Positions 39,401-53,489 of a DNA stretch of 64,000 nt are shown one piece after another. The number at the start of each line of letters is the position of its first letter. The first letter of the stretch is position 1. The notes under the pieces are model-generated. The model was not told the DNA's origin and ran no database searches. It worked only from the letters and a program-made list of their open reading frames with translations. The position numbers were made by a program, and so were the translations under genes. Source of the stretch: Botryllus schlosseri (lineage: Eukaryota); contig CM119371.1 of the NCBI GenBank assembly GCA_051294905.1, positions 28,894,001 through 28,958,000 on the forward strand, written 5' to 3'.

Positions 39401-41718
39401 ATGAGATGTACGAACCATTGCGCGGGCAACTGGAATGTAGATAATCTTTTTTTAGTCGCCCGATAGGAGCGAACTGTAACATTGCAAACAAGACTTTACG
39501 CTCTAAAATTGATAACAATATGTCATGCAACTGTACAGTGCGCAACCAGGCCCTGGTCGCGCGAAGCACGTATTTTTTTGCAGGATAATGACTGAATTAT
39601 ATCAATAAATATGTTGCTAACATATATTGGGGGTCGCATCTGTAGACCACTGGGCTCATTTGGCAAGGACAGGATTATTCGACGTTTAGACATAGCTGGC
39701 CCGACGGTATCAGTGAACATGCCTCTATCATTTTGTGCAAATGTTTTGTCGGCGATCCCGCTGCGAGTGCACAAGCGAATCCGCATGTTGGACGACACGT
39801 TATCTCCCAGTTGCGAATATAGTTAGACTCGATTCTCTGAATAATATGTATTTATAATTTTCAGAAGGGGGCTCAAATGCTGGATGCAAGAAATCTAGTG
39901 ACAATGAATCATGCGAAGTAGCCTACCGAGAAAATTTTCAAGTCAAATAAATCTGCTATGTAATATTCAACTTTATGGTCATATACGAAGAGGAATGAGG
40001 ACTCGGAATTAATCTGAAGTGGGGAATGAAGCCAAAAGGTTGGTAACCACGGCTACAGACGCTTCGGTAAAAGCGAGCACACATTGCCAGCCTTTCCTTG
40101 ACTTGTAAGGGTAGATCTGAATCCACAGAATGCATTATGACCCTATACGAATTATCGCGCACTATCCTTGAATTTAAAGAGATCCGCCTGAGTAGCTGTC
40201 TACATTAGATATGTCAGATTATTATGATATCGATTGCCCTAACCCGCTTGTTGTGTAGGGCTCCAGAGACACGTTGCGCTGTTGATACTGTCTATAGTCG
40301 CATTGGTCAAGTGTGAGCAGTGGCACACATTACCAGCCTTTCCATGACCTGTAAGGGTGACTTGGTCAGCTATTGCAGCAGGTAAAATGTTGATTAAAGG
40401 CTTACAGCAGGGTTGTCGAACCAAACTGGGATCACGGTACGGATTCAATCCATTATTAGATAGCTTGCGGGTCGGACTAGTAAAAATATTCTAATATGTT
40501 ACCACCTAATCCTTACCTTTGTTTTTCACTGGAATGCTCTATTACCAAGCCTAGGCCTATATAGCACTGAGTCAGGAACAAAGGAGTTTTAACCGAACAG
40601 TGACGTTCACGTTGTAATTTGGTTTATCATTTTTCAATCCAAACTCAGATTTCTCCGATTCTCAGAGACGTTTTGCGTCAGAAGCAATACAGTGGTATCC
40701 TTGCCGCTACGCCAGCTGAGCTCTCCCACTCTCGCTACGCAGCCGCTCTTTTGCTCTTGAGCTACTCTCACGTTTCGCCAGACAGCATTGTGGCGTCCCA
40801 ATGCCAATCTCCATAACAATGAAAAATTGGGGGCTGATTGTGGGGGTTCCAGAGCCACGAGCGTAATAAGATTTATATTTTCGTAATCAGTGCAGAGTCA
40901 GCTTTCGATTGATACCCGTTTTACCAAATTTAATGCTCGGCAAGCCGGTAAAAACTGACATTCAAATTGCCTGTAGCCAATTGGAAATTGTGGCGTGAAT
41001 CAATTTCACTGAGCCGTGAGATTTGCTTGGGTCGACACCATTATAGGACATTATGGTGACACGATGGTTTTGTCGTGAACTTGAACAATAAGGTGATGAC
41101 TTATAAATCTATTTTTGCAGGTAGGTCTACTGCCGATTCTTCTTCTATTTCGACTTGGATGTGAGCAACGGAGCATGAGGTGAGCATGAGCATGGGCACT
41201 GCGCTATAGGTCATTGGCAACTGGGCAGGGCATGATCCAAAAGAGTCGGTTTGCCGGTGAGATATTACATGATAGTGCTCTAGTTCCCAAGCTTTGCATG
41301 ATCGCGCCCAATTTCCGCCTTGAAAATGATCTGTAAACCACCTCTAACTTTCGTAAACTGATTACTAAAAAAGGTCCGCACCTTCGCCGAGCTGGGAAGT
41401 ACCATTACCGGGAATGGTCAGTCCCGAAATGTGTGTATCATTGGACATTGCCGATATCGCGCGGGGGTCGCAGAGGTCTCAAACACCCTGCCCGCGACGG
41501 CATTTTTTGGATTATCAAATGTTCGACAATATATCCAACTGCCGTGCAACTATTTCAGATTTGAGAACCTGAAGTCGACTCTAAAACTACCCCCAAAAAC
41601 TGAAATATCACAACACATTCAAAAGCTGCCATGCCTTGAAAGATTAGCAATTTTGTTGCATTTCTAGTTCATGGTGATATAATCATGACTGATTCATGAG
41701 CCGTTGATGATTTGTTAC

Positions 41719-42280
41719 TAGAGGTCTACCGATTATCGACATGGCCGATTATCGACGCCGATATTTAGTGCTTTGTCGATTATCGATATCGGCCTATGAA
41801 AACCGATATCGCAGCCGATATTTTGTATTTAAAAAAATTAAAGAATTTCGGAAATTCAATGCCCGTGTTCTCAATCTCAAGAAATCGACGACGCAAAGAG
41901 CGATATATGACAGAATAACCCTTGCAGGACGAGTTTAGCTGGGTGAGCATGCAGAGAAACTATGCTTCCTGCATTGCAATCTACCTTTTCTGGACTGATC
42001 TGCAATTTTGTATCATATTTTGCTTTTTGGGTTATCCCAAATTCCATCGAATGTGCACAATTAAGCAATAATTCTTTTCAATTTCAGTTTTCTCGTTTGT
42101 TGGTCACCTTTTTGTGGCATGCACATTGCACAACTGCCATTTTGCCTAATATATAATATTTTTGGTGAAATTGTTCTCTGCTCCTTCCATATTAATATCG
42201 GCCTATGATATCGGTATCGGATCGTGAGTAGGCCGATATATCGGTATTGGTATGTAAAAATCAATATCGGTCGACCTCTA
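41719..42280. mobile_element. hAT MITE nested in an older hAT element
   Basis: TIR tagaggtctaccgat...atcggtcgacctcta; TSD tttgttac/ttcgttac; CCGATA subterminal repeats; the host (~41471-42430) has an uninterrupted relative at ~46183-46610. Confidence 0.85.
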
Positions 42281-43866
42281 TTCGTTACTGCAAATTGTGA
42301 TATGGATGCGACGTTTCGTAATATTATTCCAGTTCGGACTGACTGGGTGATAAAATAGAAATGACTCGAGTTTCGTACGGTCAAACGTTAAATTCAAAGA
42401 AGGACTTGTGACTCGGAACGGTGTGACTTGTGAGTGAATAGTGGTTAAGTAATATCACAGGGTGAAATGGATATTTGCAATTTATGCCAAAACGAAATAG
42501 CTACGGTGGATTTCATGATTAAACCCGCTCGGTGCGTGTTTCACGTACGTTTATTGCTGTTCGTGATTATTGCCTGCATTTTCGATCCGCTAGAAGTGCG
42601 CATGCTTGAAGTTTTCCTGGCTTATAACGGCAAACCTAATAAACCAGAACTCAGTAATTTCATGGTTGGAGCCTGAAAGCATATCAAACCCGAACTAGAG
42701 GTTTTAGTTGGCAACCGGATGACCAGATTGCAGTACTTAATAGCGATATCAAATACAGGCTACTCGGCCAGACTACAAATACAAAATGCAATTCCGAAAC
42801 GCAAATTGATGAAAATCATAAGCGCAATTATAACGACATCACACGTAACGTGTGAGCAAATAGAAAACAGGAGCTGCTGAAAATGGAGCTCGGTCAAGAA
42901 ATCCCAATTTGGATGAGATTGAGTTGAATGCAGACATACAAGCTGGCGAATCGCTTACAGGAAGTGCCGCAGTCAATAACGAGGCTTTTCAGTGGAACAA
43001 TTTTGACTGGATTTCGACGGCAAGGTTGACTGAAAAAGGTCAACTCTAACCGATTATGTGTAGGGACGTCGGGTCGAGTTGGAAAATGATCTTTATTTAA
43101 AACCTTTTATTTTAGTCAACCAATCAATATTAGCAATCAAATTTCAAAAGTTCCCGTATTAATGAATCCTACTTCATCTTTTGTGACTTGTAAAAAGTGT
43201 CCTATTTTTCGGATATCACAATATGGTAACCCTTAACTAAGTTATCATTCAGTATATGATAGGAAGTGAGTGATACGATCTTTCAAAAGTCGACTTGTCC
43301 GATCACACTGCTTTTAATTTATAAAATAATAATAATAAAGTGTACTGCCTCGAGCGTAACGACACGTATGGCAATTTCCCCCATATAAACACGGGCGTAA
43401 AAAACGCGATGATCGCATGCCTTTTTGATTGCCTTTAACGAAAGGTCAGTAAACTATAGAATGAGAATGACCAATATTGTGAATCCTAAATAATTTCGAT
43501 AAACACGCCTAGAAAAGTAATTTCCATTCCTCAGCGCAAAACGCACATAAAACTTATATAATGACATTTAGATATATTTCATAGAATCTCAAGGAGCGGT
43601 GGCACGCATTGCTTCCAAAAACGGTGTTGCATCATATAGCATTGCAACGTGTGCAGCGAATCGAATAATTGTTATTCGAACAAGCAGAAGCTAAATTGCA
43701 TCGCTGACCGTATTGAACGGTAGAACATGCAGCTGACGTTAGGCCTCAAGTAAAGGAACATTTGACTGAGGTCGCCTCCTTTTTTTACTCGCTTTATATA
43801 CTCCATGTTTAGTCTCTTCGAGATATTGCACGTAATGCAACGTGGCATCTCATTTCCAGAACCAGT

Positions 43867-44062
43867 ATGAAATTTCCGAGTGAACCTCACGAGATGTGCT
43901 CATGGACATTGGTAATATTCACACTGTCCACCATATTATTGGACGCAGTAGCTTTGGCAACACCTCGATGGATTTATTCAGACGCGTTAGACACCGAATA
44001 TGGACTTTTCGAAACCTGCGGAATGTCAAGCGATTTAGAAGCCTGTCACGGACACACAAACG
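43867..44062 (+). CDS. First coding exon of a claudin/PMP22/EMP-superfamily tetraspan protein, possibly pseudogenised
   Basis: Hydrophobic TM1 (WTLVIFTLSTILLDAVALATPRW) followed by W-x10-GLF-x2-C-x8-C, matching the W-GLW-C-C first-loop signature; donor-like G|gtacc at 44062/3. The downstream TM2-like stretch (~44150-44230) contains stops. Confidence 0.65.
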
Positions 44063-44470
44063 GTACCGTTTTTACCTTTAACATACTCAATTAGTTTTTT
44101 ATTTTTATTACGAAACGTTCTGTTATGAACGAATTATTGATATTAATCGACAATAAAAGCGGTAGCGGTTCTGCTGATGCCTTGACCAATTCTGACATGC
44201 AAGTAATCCATTGCCTTGCTGCTACATTGCCAACGTAGCTGTAGTGTGCGTAAACAGCAAAAACAACAGAGGACGCAATTCTGAGATTCGAATACGCATG
44301 CGCGTGCAATCGTGAATAAACGGGAAGTCGCCTCGAATTTGACACAATAAAATTCAGCGCCTATACACAACAATGGACGTTTACCACCTTCACGAGAAAT
44401 TTCAAATTTTTACGGTATAATAACACCTCGCTATATACTCACAGCAATATACGTTCTGATATGTCTAAAC

Positions 44471-45934
44471 CAGTGGTTCTTAACCTTTTTTCCTCCAGCG
44501 CCCTTTTCAAAAATTATCGTGCTCCAGCGCCCCCCTCCACATATTGTAAGGACCGTTATTTGTCCTGTGGGGTGCAAATTGCGACTACATGATAATGCGA
44601 CACGAGCGATTTAAGCACCCACGGACGATTAGACTTATATATACATCGAAGTTCACGCTCAACATAAGGGCAATCCTCTTCAGCTAAGGTTTTCTCGCTG
44701 ATGATTTTTTTGACACATTTCTCGGAGTCCCATATTCACCGGAACTTCATATGTCTACTTGCATCGTGGCGTGGTAATGGCCGACGCCGAAATGCCTATT
44801 TCTCTAATTATGTGTATTCTATCGTAATGAGTCGTGAAAACATGATGTTTAATTCATGTTCATTCACCGAAATAATTTAGGGCACCCTCCGAGCTAACCG
44901 ATTGGGGGTTTGGGTTGCAGCAGTTTCGGTCTTGGCAAGAGTTCAAAGTTCAGTCGGTCTTTTTGGGACTTTGGTATTGGAAATATTTCGCGCTTCAATC
45001 GCGCTCGAGTACCATCCGACTATAATAAACCATATAAACATTGTGTGTGGCATATTCAGGGTCAAATCAAGGTTTTTCTATCAACAAACGGGTACGGCCG
45101 AACACCCTGTGGTTCGAACCCTCCTGAATTTACATCGCCGATTGGCAACACGGAGAAATTAATGGTGTTGGATTTTTGTCTTGATGTTTTGTGTAACTAT
45201 AAGTAAGTGAACTGAGAATTGGATGCATATATCTGCTCACATTGAATTTAGTACTGTGCCCAGTTATTCATATTAACATGAATGTATTCCAAACAAATCA
45301 ACTCAGATTATATAACGTTCATGTGAGGTTGTGAACCACAACACGAGATAGTATTATCCTTTTTGATACGATGAAGAAATATTCTGACGATTTAACGTTG
45401 TAGTTCTCAAATACAAGTACATTTAGTTATTTATTTCGTGCACAAAGCGTCAAAACTTATTTTGTGTACAAGGGCTCTCACTCTCAATCAAAAGTGGTAT
45501 ACAGTGCCTCCTTCTTCGATTTTCACACGCTGTGCTCTGCGGGATATAAAACCTAATTCTAAACATTTTGTTGAAAATAACCCTAGCAAGTGTGACGGCA
45601 GTGTCTTATATAACGGTAAATTGGTGATCTATAGTACGCGCAATTCTTTGTATATGTATTATAATAACCCACTACATATATGTAAACATATGTAGCAAAC
45701 ATCGTCGCGAAGCGCGACCAAAAATTTTGGGGTTTGACATGTTTTGTGGAATTTTAATTTGGTCGGAACTTGGAATACTCATTAGGAATATGTCCTACCG
45801 TCACATCATCTACGGCATTTTTCTTCAGCGCCCCTTATCGCCCCCCTGAGCCCAGCGCCCCCTGAGCGTTTCCGCCCCCTTCAAAAGCGCCAGCGCCCGT
45901 TGGGGGGCGCTGGAGGCGAGGTTAAGAACCACTG
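44471..45934. mobile_element. Non-autonomous hAT (Buster/Charlie-type) element, ~1.46 kb
   Basis: Perfect 15-bp TIR cagtggttcttaacc; perfect TSD gtctaaac (nnnTAnnn); subterminal AGCGCCC repeats. Confidence 0.92.
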
Positions 45935-47121
45935 GTCTAAACCATCTCAATGCAATGCACCCGGCCCAGTGCCACCACAACCTATGTGGTAATATCACCT
46001 CTAACCTAATGAAATGTTAACAAGATAACCAACACACGATTGTGCTTGCACCTATATCATGGTGCACTTGGCAAGAGATCAGATATAGTTTGATAGTGGC
46101 AGTACTACCTCGATGCTTTCCTTCGGATTTGTGCACACATTTAGCTCGGAAACTGTTAGACGATTGGCCTTAGACCACTAGACCAGAGGTCTCAAACACG
46201 CGGCCCGCGGGAAGATTTTGTGCGACCCGCAACGGCAATTGGAATTTCAAGTATTCGACAATATCTTCAAGAGCCACATATCTTTTTTAGATATAGGCTA
46301 AAAACTTTAAGTTCACCCTAAACCTACTGTAAAAATCACTGAAATCTCAAGAAACTACACCATCACATCACTTTTGAAAGCTACTATGCGCTAGAAGATA
46401 ACTTATTATGTCAGATTTCTAGTTCATGATGATGAAACACGAACCGTTGGTGATTCGTGACTGAAAATTGTGATTTGGTTTGGTACGACCTTCTATGGAA
46501 TTACTCGATTTCGGCTTGACTAGGTGATTAAATAAAAATGACTCGAGTTGAGTCGGGTCAAACGTAAAAATCAAAGAAGGACTAGCGGCTCGGAACGGTG
46601 ACTTGGTAATCCTATGAACGCAAAATTTATGGAACTGTCATGGAGAATAGTACTATATGTCAAAAGGCCGTAGCTTGCGTTGCGTAGGGTATATAGCAAT
46701 CTAATCAGGTCACGGTGACAAACATCGGCATTATGTGACCAGCGTACGTATAATTAGTTACAAGCTGGGTGTTGTTTGTTTTCGTTATCCATGTTATTAT
46801 CGGTGGCGAGTAAGGTAGTGATGCGCTCCACAGCTGTACCAGTAATCAATCCGTCGACTATTGAACCTTTCTGTTCCAGTGATTCTTAAACCAAGGTCCA
46901 TAGACCCCTTCGGGGTACGAATCACCACTTCAGTCGGTACGAGAAGCTTTGTGGAATTCAGTCTATATGCTGTGGAAGTGGAATATTTTCTTGGACAATT
47001 TATTCAACGATTTTAACATAGGTAACATCAGAAATTGTGTTGAAAATAAACAGGGTCTTCGAGAAATCTTATTGCAAGCACGAGCGGTACGATCGCTGAA
47101 GATGAGAAACTGTGCTATTAC

Positions 47122-47763
47122 CAGAGATGGTCAATAACGATGATAACTTCCACTTTTTGAAGTCCTTGAAGTAGATTTTTCCTACTCGCACTACTTATTA
47201 TGACAGCAGAGATGAGCATGGATTAGGATTTGGGAAAACCTGATTTGTGAAATTTTGACGGATTAGGATTGGAGTAGGATTCGAGATGGACTAGGATTGG
47301 ATTTAGTTATCATTTTAGATTACTTCTACTTAACATTTTTCAGTTTCTTAGGCAAAAATAGGCATGGAATATCTACTTACTTATTTACTTGTGAACCGCC
47401 ACTTCTAGTTCTACTTGAGTGGAAACTATGGCGTTACTTCCACTTCTACTTGAATATAGCTTTCAATACAACATCCATTGTAGCAGAATATTTATTAAAC
47501 TCGAAGACTTTTCGGGTGCCTCTTTTCAAGAGTTAACGGCACACTAAAGGGATTTAAACAGATTTAAAAGCAAAACCAAAAAGGCAAAGTATGACGTAAC
47601 AATCAAAATCACAGACCATGAAATTCGCATTGTATCAATGGCAACAATAACAAACTATGAAGTATACGGACATACGGTACTATAGTAGCAGCGCAATTTT
47701 TAAATTTTTAAAATTTTTAAACTTCTACTTGAGTAGCGACGGTGACTACCTTGACCACCTCTG
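47122..47763. mobile_element. hAT MITE
   Basis: TIR cagagatggtcaa...ttgaccacctctg; perfect TSD gctattac; CTACTT/AAGTAG repeats. Confidence 0.85.
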
Positions 47764-49637
47764 GCTATTACTATGGCTCAATAATGATTACATTTAAGCT
47801 GTAATTGAATATGTGTCAATAATAATCGTGGCACGTCAAAGGCCGACTAGCTGCAATATTACAACCCGACACTTTGACAGTGTCATGATGAAGCCTCCCG
47901 CATGATGTCTATAACTCATTATTGAAACAAATTATTCCCGGCACAAAAATAATTTCATTCAAATATTTCAAAATGTTTTTTTTTTCGTGGCAAGCGTGAA
48001 TAGTGCAATAGTAAATTGCATTTTCACAAGTTTGTTGAATGCCTGTCTGCACGCTCCCTTCAAATAAGGCATACTTAGGAATTATTCATTGAATATCACT
48101 ATTATTGATGCTGCGGCCCGCGATGTCATCAAAAACCAGGAAATTGACCCGCCAAAACACAACCTGTTCGCTGATTAAATAGCAGGGGTGGGCAAACCTG
48201 CTTAATGCGCGAGCCTCCTAACAAAAACCTTAACCTTAAAAGACGTCACAATGAAATGCAGGCTATCGAATGAAGTTTATTATCGTGTGGGAGGCTGTGA
48301 GCAGTGCGGAACAGTTACTTCAAGTGCGGAGGACAATTTATGGATGATTTGAGCTCGGTATTCTCGACAACATTTTCTTGGCCAAACTCTGCAGTTATTG
48401 CTAGCCTTTACAATTAAATGTAAGAGCAGTATTCACCAATCACGATTGCTAGTCCGGAAATGAGATGTGACCTGCGCCAGCGTAATTAATTATCAATTTC
48501 ATTGTTTAACACAATGATTTATCATTTTTACCTAAAAAATGAATTTTGACCACATTTTGACCTCACGTATGCAAATTAGGTGTTTTCGCACATAATGTTA
48601 AAATTGTACTACTTATCTTCATTTCCGGTTAGAAATATCTGTTCTGACGACGTAGTTTTGCCTAAAAAATAATGTTTTTGGCTCAAATACTGACAACTTT
48701 TGTCATGAAAAAAACTAGCATTTTAACGAAATATGACCCTATAAAAAATCCCAGTAGTTACATTACGTATTATGGTAGAAATAATTCAAATTTGTGGTAG
48801 TACAACGAAATATATTTTCCTACATTCTCGGACTAGAAGTTTTTGTCCTTACTATGTAGCTTGCCAATAACGGAGAACGAACGTTCAACAGCAACAGTTG
48901 TTGGCTGGCAACACTGAAGTTGTGCGTACACTGCTGGTGACACACCGTGTTGCTTCACTCTGACAAAGTTGTCTACATCACAATTTTTCAGCTTGCATTT
49001 CTTGATATAAGAACCATGGAATGCGCAAGCATCAGTCTTGCTTCAGTTAGGATATTGCGGTACGTTGACCATAAACCATGTCAACCTATTTGTTTCATTT
49101 GACCGTGTATGATTCGCAATGAGCAGACGATGGGCCGTTTACAACGGTATATGCTCATAAAGTAGGCTAAAAGGTGTAAAATATCAAATGATAAGCTCAC
49201 CGACAGTGTAAAAATCTACGATACAAACGAAATGCAGAGGTCAAAGGAATTTTGACTTTGTAAACAATTTCGACAAATGTTGACCTAACGATACAATTTT
49301 GACAAATTTTGACATGTCAAAAAATCGACTTGTTTATCATTGATTAATGACTGACCACTGACCAGGCATCCATTGGTGCGGGTGAAACTTTTATTTGAAG
49401 TGAACTCAATTCGCGAGTTCAATTGAAAATATTTAGTCCTGTAGTGTCACTTTACCTTCTCCCAAATTTTACAAGTCTTGCGTAAAAACCACAAGGAAAC
49501 AAAATAACTTGAAAACTATACGCATATTGTTAATACGCCATAAAGTACATCAATATATAGTCAGGTCAAGCCCCTCTAGCAAAATGCGTTTGCATGTGCA
49601 CTGCAGATGTGGAGCACCTGCTTCTACTGCACAACAG

Positions 49638-50040
49638 GGTTGTTAGAAAATAACTTGTTTACTGGATTCCAGTCATTCACCGACTAAGATGTCAGGTTAC
49701 CCTAAAACACTGGATATCAGATTTGGTTCAATTATAACATTATTGAATAGTCCGAGAATTATCAACGAAAAACTCAGATAACTCCGCTTCTACTAGTTGG
49801 AATTGAGTCAAGTTTGTTTAGCATCGTTTATGAGGACAACTCAACAATTTCAAAGGGTTGACAGAAACATTTGAAATGTCATTTCCAATTTTTCTTGAAA
49901 ATTAATAAAATATAATGGGCTCTGCGGCGGCATATACTTGTTCGAATTGAACCAAATTTGGTGTCATCGTTTTTTAGGGTAACCTGACGATTTGATCAGT
50001 AACTGGCTGGAATCCGAAAACGAGTTATTTTAGAACAACC
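49638..50040. repeat. MITE-like element with ~100-bp inverted arms
   Basis: 49638-~49735 is the degenerate reverse complement of ~49945-50040; the same arm occurs at ~27315-27450 and ~57543-57665. Confidence 0.7.
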
Positions 50041-52487
50041 GAACTTTACACCTTGTTTTTACTTTGTAAACAATTTTGACATTTTCTTTACCTAACGGTA
50101 AAACGTTGATTAAATTTTGACTGATTTTGTCATGTCAAAAAAATTGCCCCAATAATAACAATTGGCACATCCGAAGATTCATCATTCCGTAGGCTTATTC
50201 ATTATGTTTTTTTGGAAAGTATTTACACAATTCTTGCATAATTTAATAACTAAAAGTGACGTAGCCAGCGCGTGGGTTTTTGGGGTGAAATATCTCCTAA
50301 TACGAACTCATAATCCTGTCCTTTTTGAAATGTCGATACTATATTAAATATTTCCGAAAAAAATGAAAATTAATATGTTGCCGAGAATTACATCCACTTC
50401 AGAATGGTTCTTAACATTGAATGACTTGGTAACACCTACGCCAGAGGTGGGCAATTATTTCTCTGAAAATGAGGAGTATAGGAAATACGTTGGCGGGTTA
50501 GGTTAAAAGTTTGCACTAGACTCTGCGGTGTTTTTATTTTAAGGTCGTTTATAGTTCCAGTTGAGGGTTTTGAAAAGTGAGTAGTTCTAGTTCTAGTTGC
50601 AGATTCGGAAAATGTAGTAGTTCTAGTATTAGTTGAAGATCCAATGGCTTGTACAAATCTTATCACAAGTATACGGAGGGGAAAGCAAACAACTCTCCAC
50701 AAATTTTTGACACTATTGGATACGACTTTACCATTCTGGAACAGTCCCATAAACTATAGCCTACATCCCATCCCCCTTATCACAAAATAAGGAACATAAC
50801 AATACCGTAGCTCTAATCAGGAGCAAATTGTCACTGGTTCAGGTGGGACTAACCCGATATCTACAGTAAGGTACGCAGTGACTCTCATCACTACCTCAGT
50901 GGAGAAATAACTATTCAGAACAGACAATGTAAACGAGAGTGACGTCAATGTGGAACAGTTATATTCCCAACCGCGGCTCCATACATAGCCTTCGTGCGGC
51001 TGTGATAGACTTCTAAATATGACACAAAAATATAATAAACACCAGTTGTTATTGGTTACTATGAATAGTTATAGCCAATTTCTGGATAGCAATGCTAAAA
51101 TGTGAAATATATGTTTTGTCTGAAGCCGTCCAAACTCCGCAGCTTCTGAAAACCGGGAAGGATAATTCTTGCAGAATAGCGTCAAACGCATGGATGAACA
51201 TTGAACACCCGTCGGACAGGGATATGTCTTGGGTTCTGATTGCCATGGACCTTTAGTCCTTTATATATCGTCTCTGCGAAGAGTAAATTGTCTAGTCAAG
51301 TATAAATTGCAGTAAGTCGAATACCACTCAGCGTATCATACCCGCAAACTTGTGGATTAAGTGCTGGGATGTACGAAGAGCAATCACACAACGACATAAT
51401 AGTATGTTGTAGTAAAGATAAACATTTTTAGTTTCTTTCTATTACATAACACTCGTCAATCTGCGTCAATCGATGCTAAAATAACTGATCTAGAATCTAT
51501 AGAAGTCCATGTGCATGCTTTCGACTTGGCTGGATGGTGATATACAGAGGAAGGCTAGGTACCTTGGAATTTTCGTTATTAGTAACCTAGTCGAGTGTCT
51601 GCATGCGACTCAATACGTAGGCTACTCTGCAGTTTGAACTGCGGCTCCGATATCCCAAAAGGCTGGGAACCACTGATGTAGAAGCAAGGTGCTTTGAGCC
51701 GTTATGAAGTATTTGGTTGGCTCAAGCTTTTTCGGTCTGAAAGGTGCAAGAACCACTGTTGTTCATCATTTTCGTCCCTATCGGCTGCTTCGAATGTCTT
51801 CGCTCTGTCTTTCAAAACCATGCCGAGCAGTGCTACACACCTCTATAGACTAACGCATCCCGACGGTCTTGAGATATACTAGGAAGAAATATGAATTCCT
51901 AATTTAGGGACCCCCTCAATAGTTTATGCCCAAAATTGGCAGTTCGAGGCAGTTACGGCCATTCAGGGTATTTGTATATTGCTACAAATATCTGTATCAG
52001 CAATACCTGGACCCAATACTAAACTAGCATAGTTCTTACGAAAGAATTTACAAACGAAGAATTCTTCAATTTTTATTCAGATCTTGACATATTTACAAAG
52101 GCCGAATTGGTAGGGTCAATATAAACTAAATGGAGTAATGACCATGTCTTAATCTGAAACTCTTCGCATATTCAGTGCGAAACTAGCAATTATCCAATGC
52201 AATTATACATGGGAACATCTTAAAGGCATTTAATACACCAACATGATGAAGATTGGTCTCGACCATGTACTGTACAAAAATAGGATCTCTCTACTCACAT
52301 CGTTTTTGATAATTCTTGGGAGAGCATTCTAAACCGATCCATGAAAATGATTTTCATTACGAAATGTTCTGAAACTTTCTATAAAGTAAGCATGCATGTC
52401 CTTCATGACGTAAGTAGGTTGAGGCCCTGCATCTAAATGTATATTATCTATGTTTAAACATCACGTGCAAGTAAATATTCTCTAACA

Positions 52488-53264
52488 CAGTGGTTCTCAA
52501 CCTTTTTGTCTTTGTGGGCCCCTTTCCGACCTTCACGGAGCTCCGCGGACCCACACAATATTTCTTTCAAAATTTACCCAATTATCTGTCTTGCGCAAAT
52601 ATAAACTGTACGCTTGAGCGGAACACCAACAAAATGACTTTTCGTGAAAATAACAGCCTTTATCCAGAAATTGGGTATACTTTTATTATTTCGAAGCGAA
52701 TTTTTCAGCTGTCATTATCGTCTTGAAATACCCATCTTCGATTTGATATGAACGAGTGCCGAAGATATTTCCACAAAGATAGCTGCTGACGAATGTAATA
52801 TTAACACGTATCGGTTCCGACGACACCTTTGAGTGAGATCGCAACTAGTACGGTACCAAAATTGAGAAACAGAGTATTTAATGAACATATATAAGATCCA
52901 GCGTATGCTCAGTTCTATCTAGCATATCATTTTCAGGTTACTCTGGAATAGAGGGTATGTATATCACAGAAGTAAAGGGATGTCATGGCGAAGTTTCAAT
53001 CCCTTCATTGGCAGAGATTGAGAAAAAAATCTGGTATTTCAGTAGGCTATTGGCAATTAAAATGAGTTTGAACAGTAGGATATTTTATTACAGACGACTT
53101 ATTCTAATGATTTGAGTCATGAAGTGTTAGCAGTTACGAAACGAACTGACTCGTGCTTTCTCTAATTAAAAAAAAATCAAATCTGTTATTGACTCATTAT
53201 TCAACTTTAGAGGCTTTGCAGACCCCATGGAAATGCTTTGCGGGCGCCCGGTTAAGAACCACTG
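52488..53264 (+). mobile_element. Non-autonomous hAT (Buster/Charlie-type) element
   Basis: TIR cagtggttctcaacc...ggttaagaaccactg; perfect 8-bp TSD ctctaaca; same family as 2570-3173. Confidence 0.9.
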
Positions 53265-53272
53265 CTCTAACA

Positions 53273-53489
53273 TATGTCACATTCATCACATCCAACATAT
53301 TACATGCGTGATTATTTTGCCAGTGTATTTATAAATGAGTCTTGCCGTAATCATAGTGCGCTTCTGATGAAACACTTTCCAGCGTATGACAGTAAGAAAA
53401 CCATGATTTTTCAACGCAGCATGCATATGTATATCGATATGAATCTGAAGGCTGCGCTGTTCCGAAGACTCATTCTATTATGTATAACA
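53273..53489 (-). pseudogene. Decayed fingers 3' of the ZF gene 2 stop
   Basis: Reading on past the stop gives *CYT**NESSEQRSLQIHIDIHMHAALKNH...KVFHQKRTM, which are finger remnants. Confidence 0.7.
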
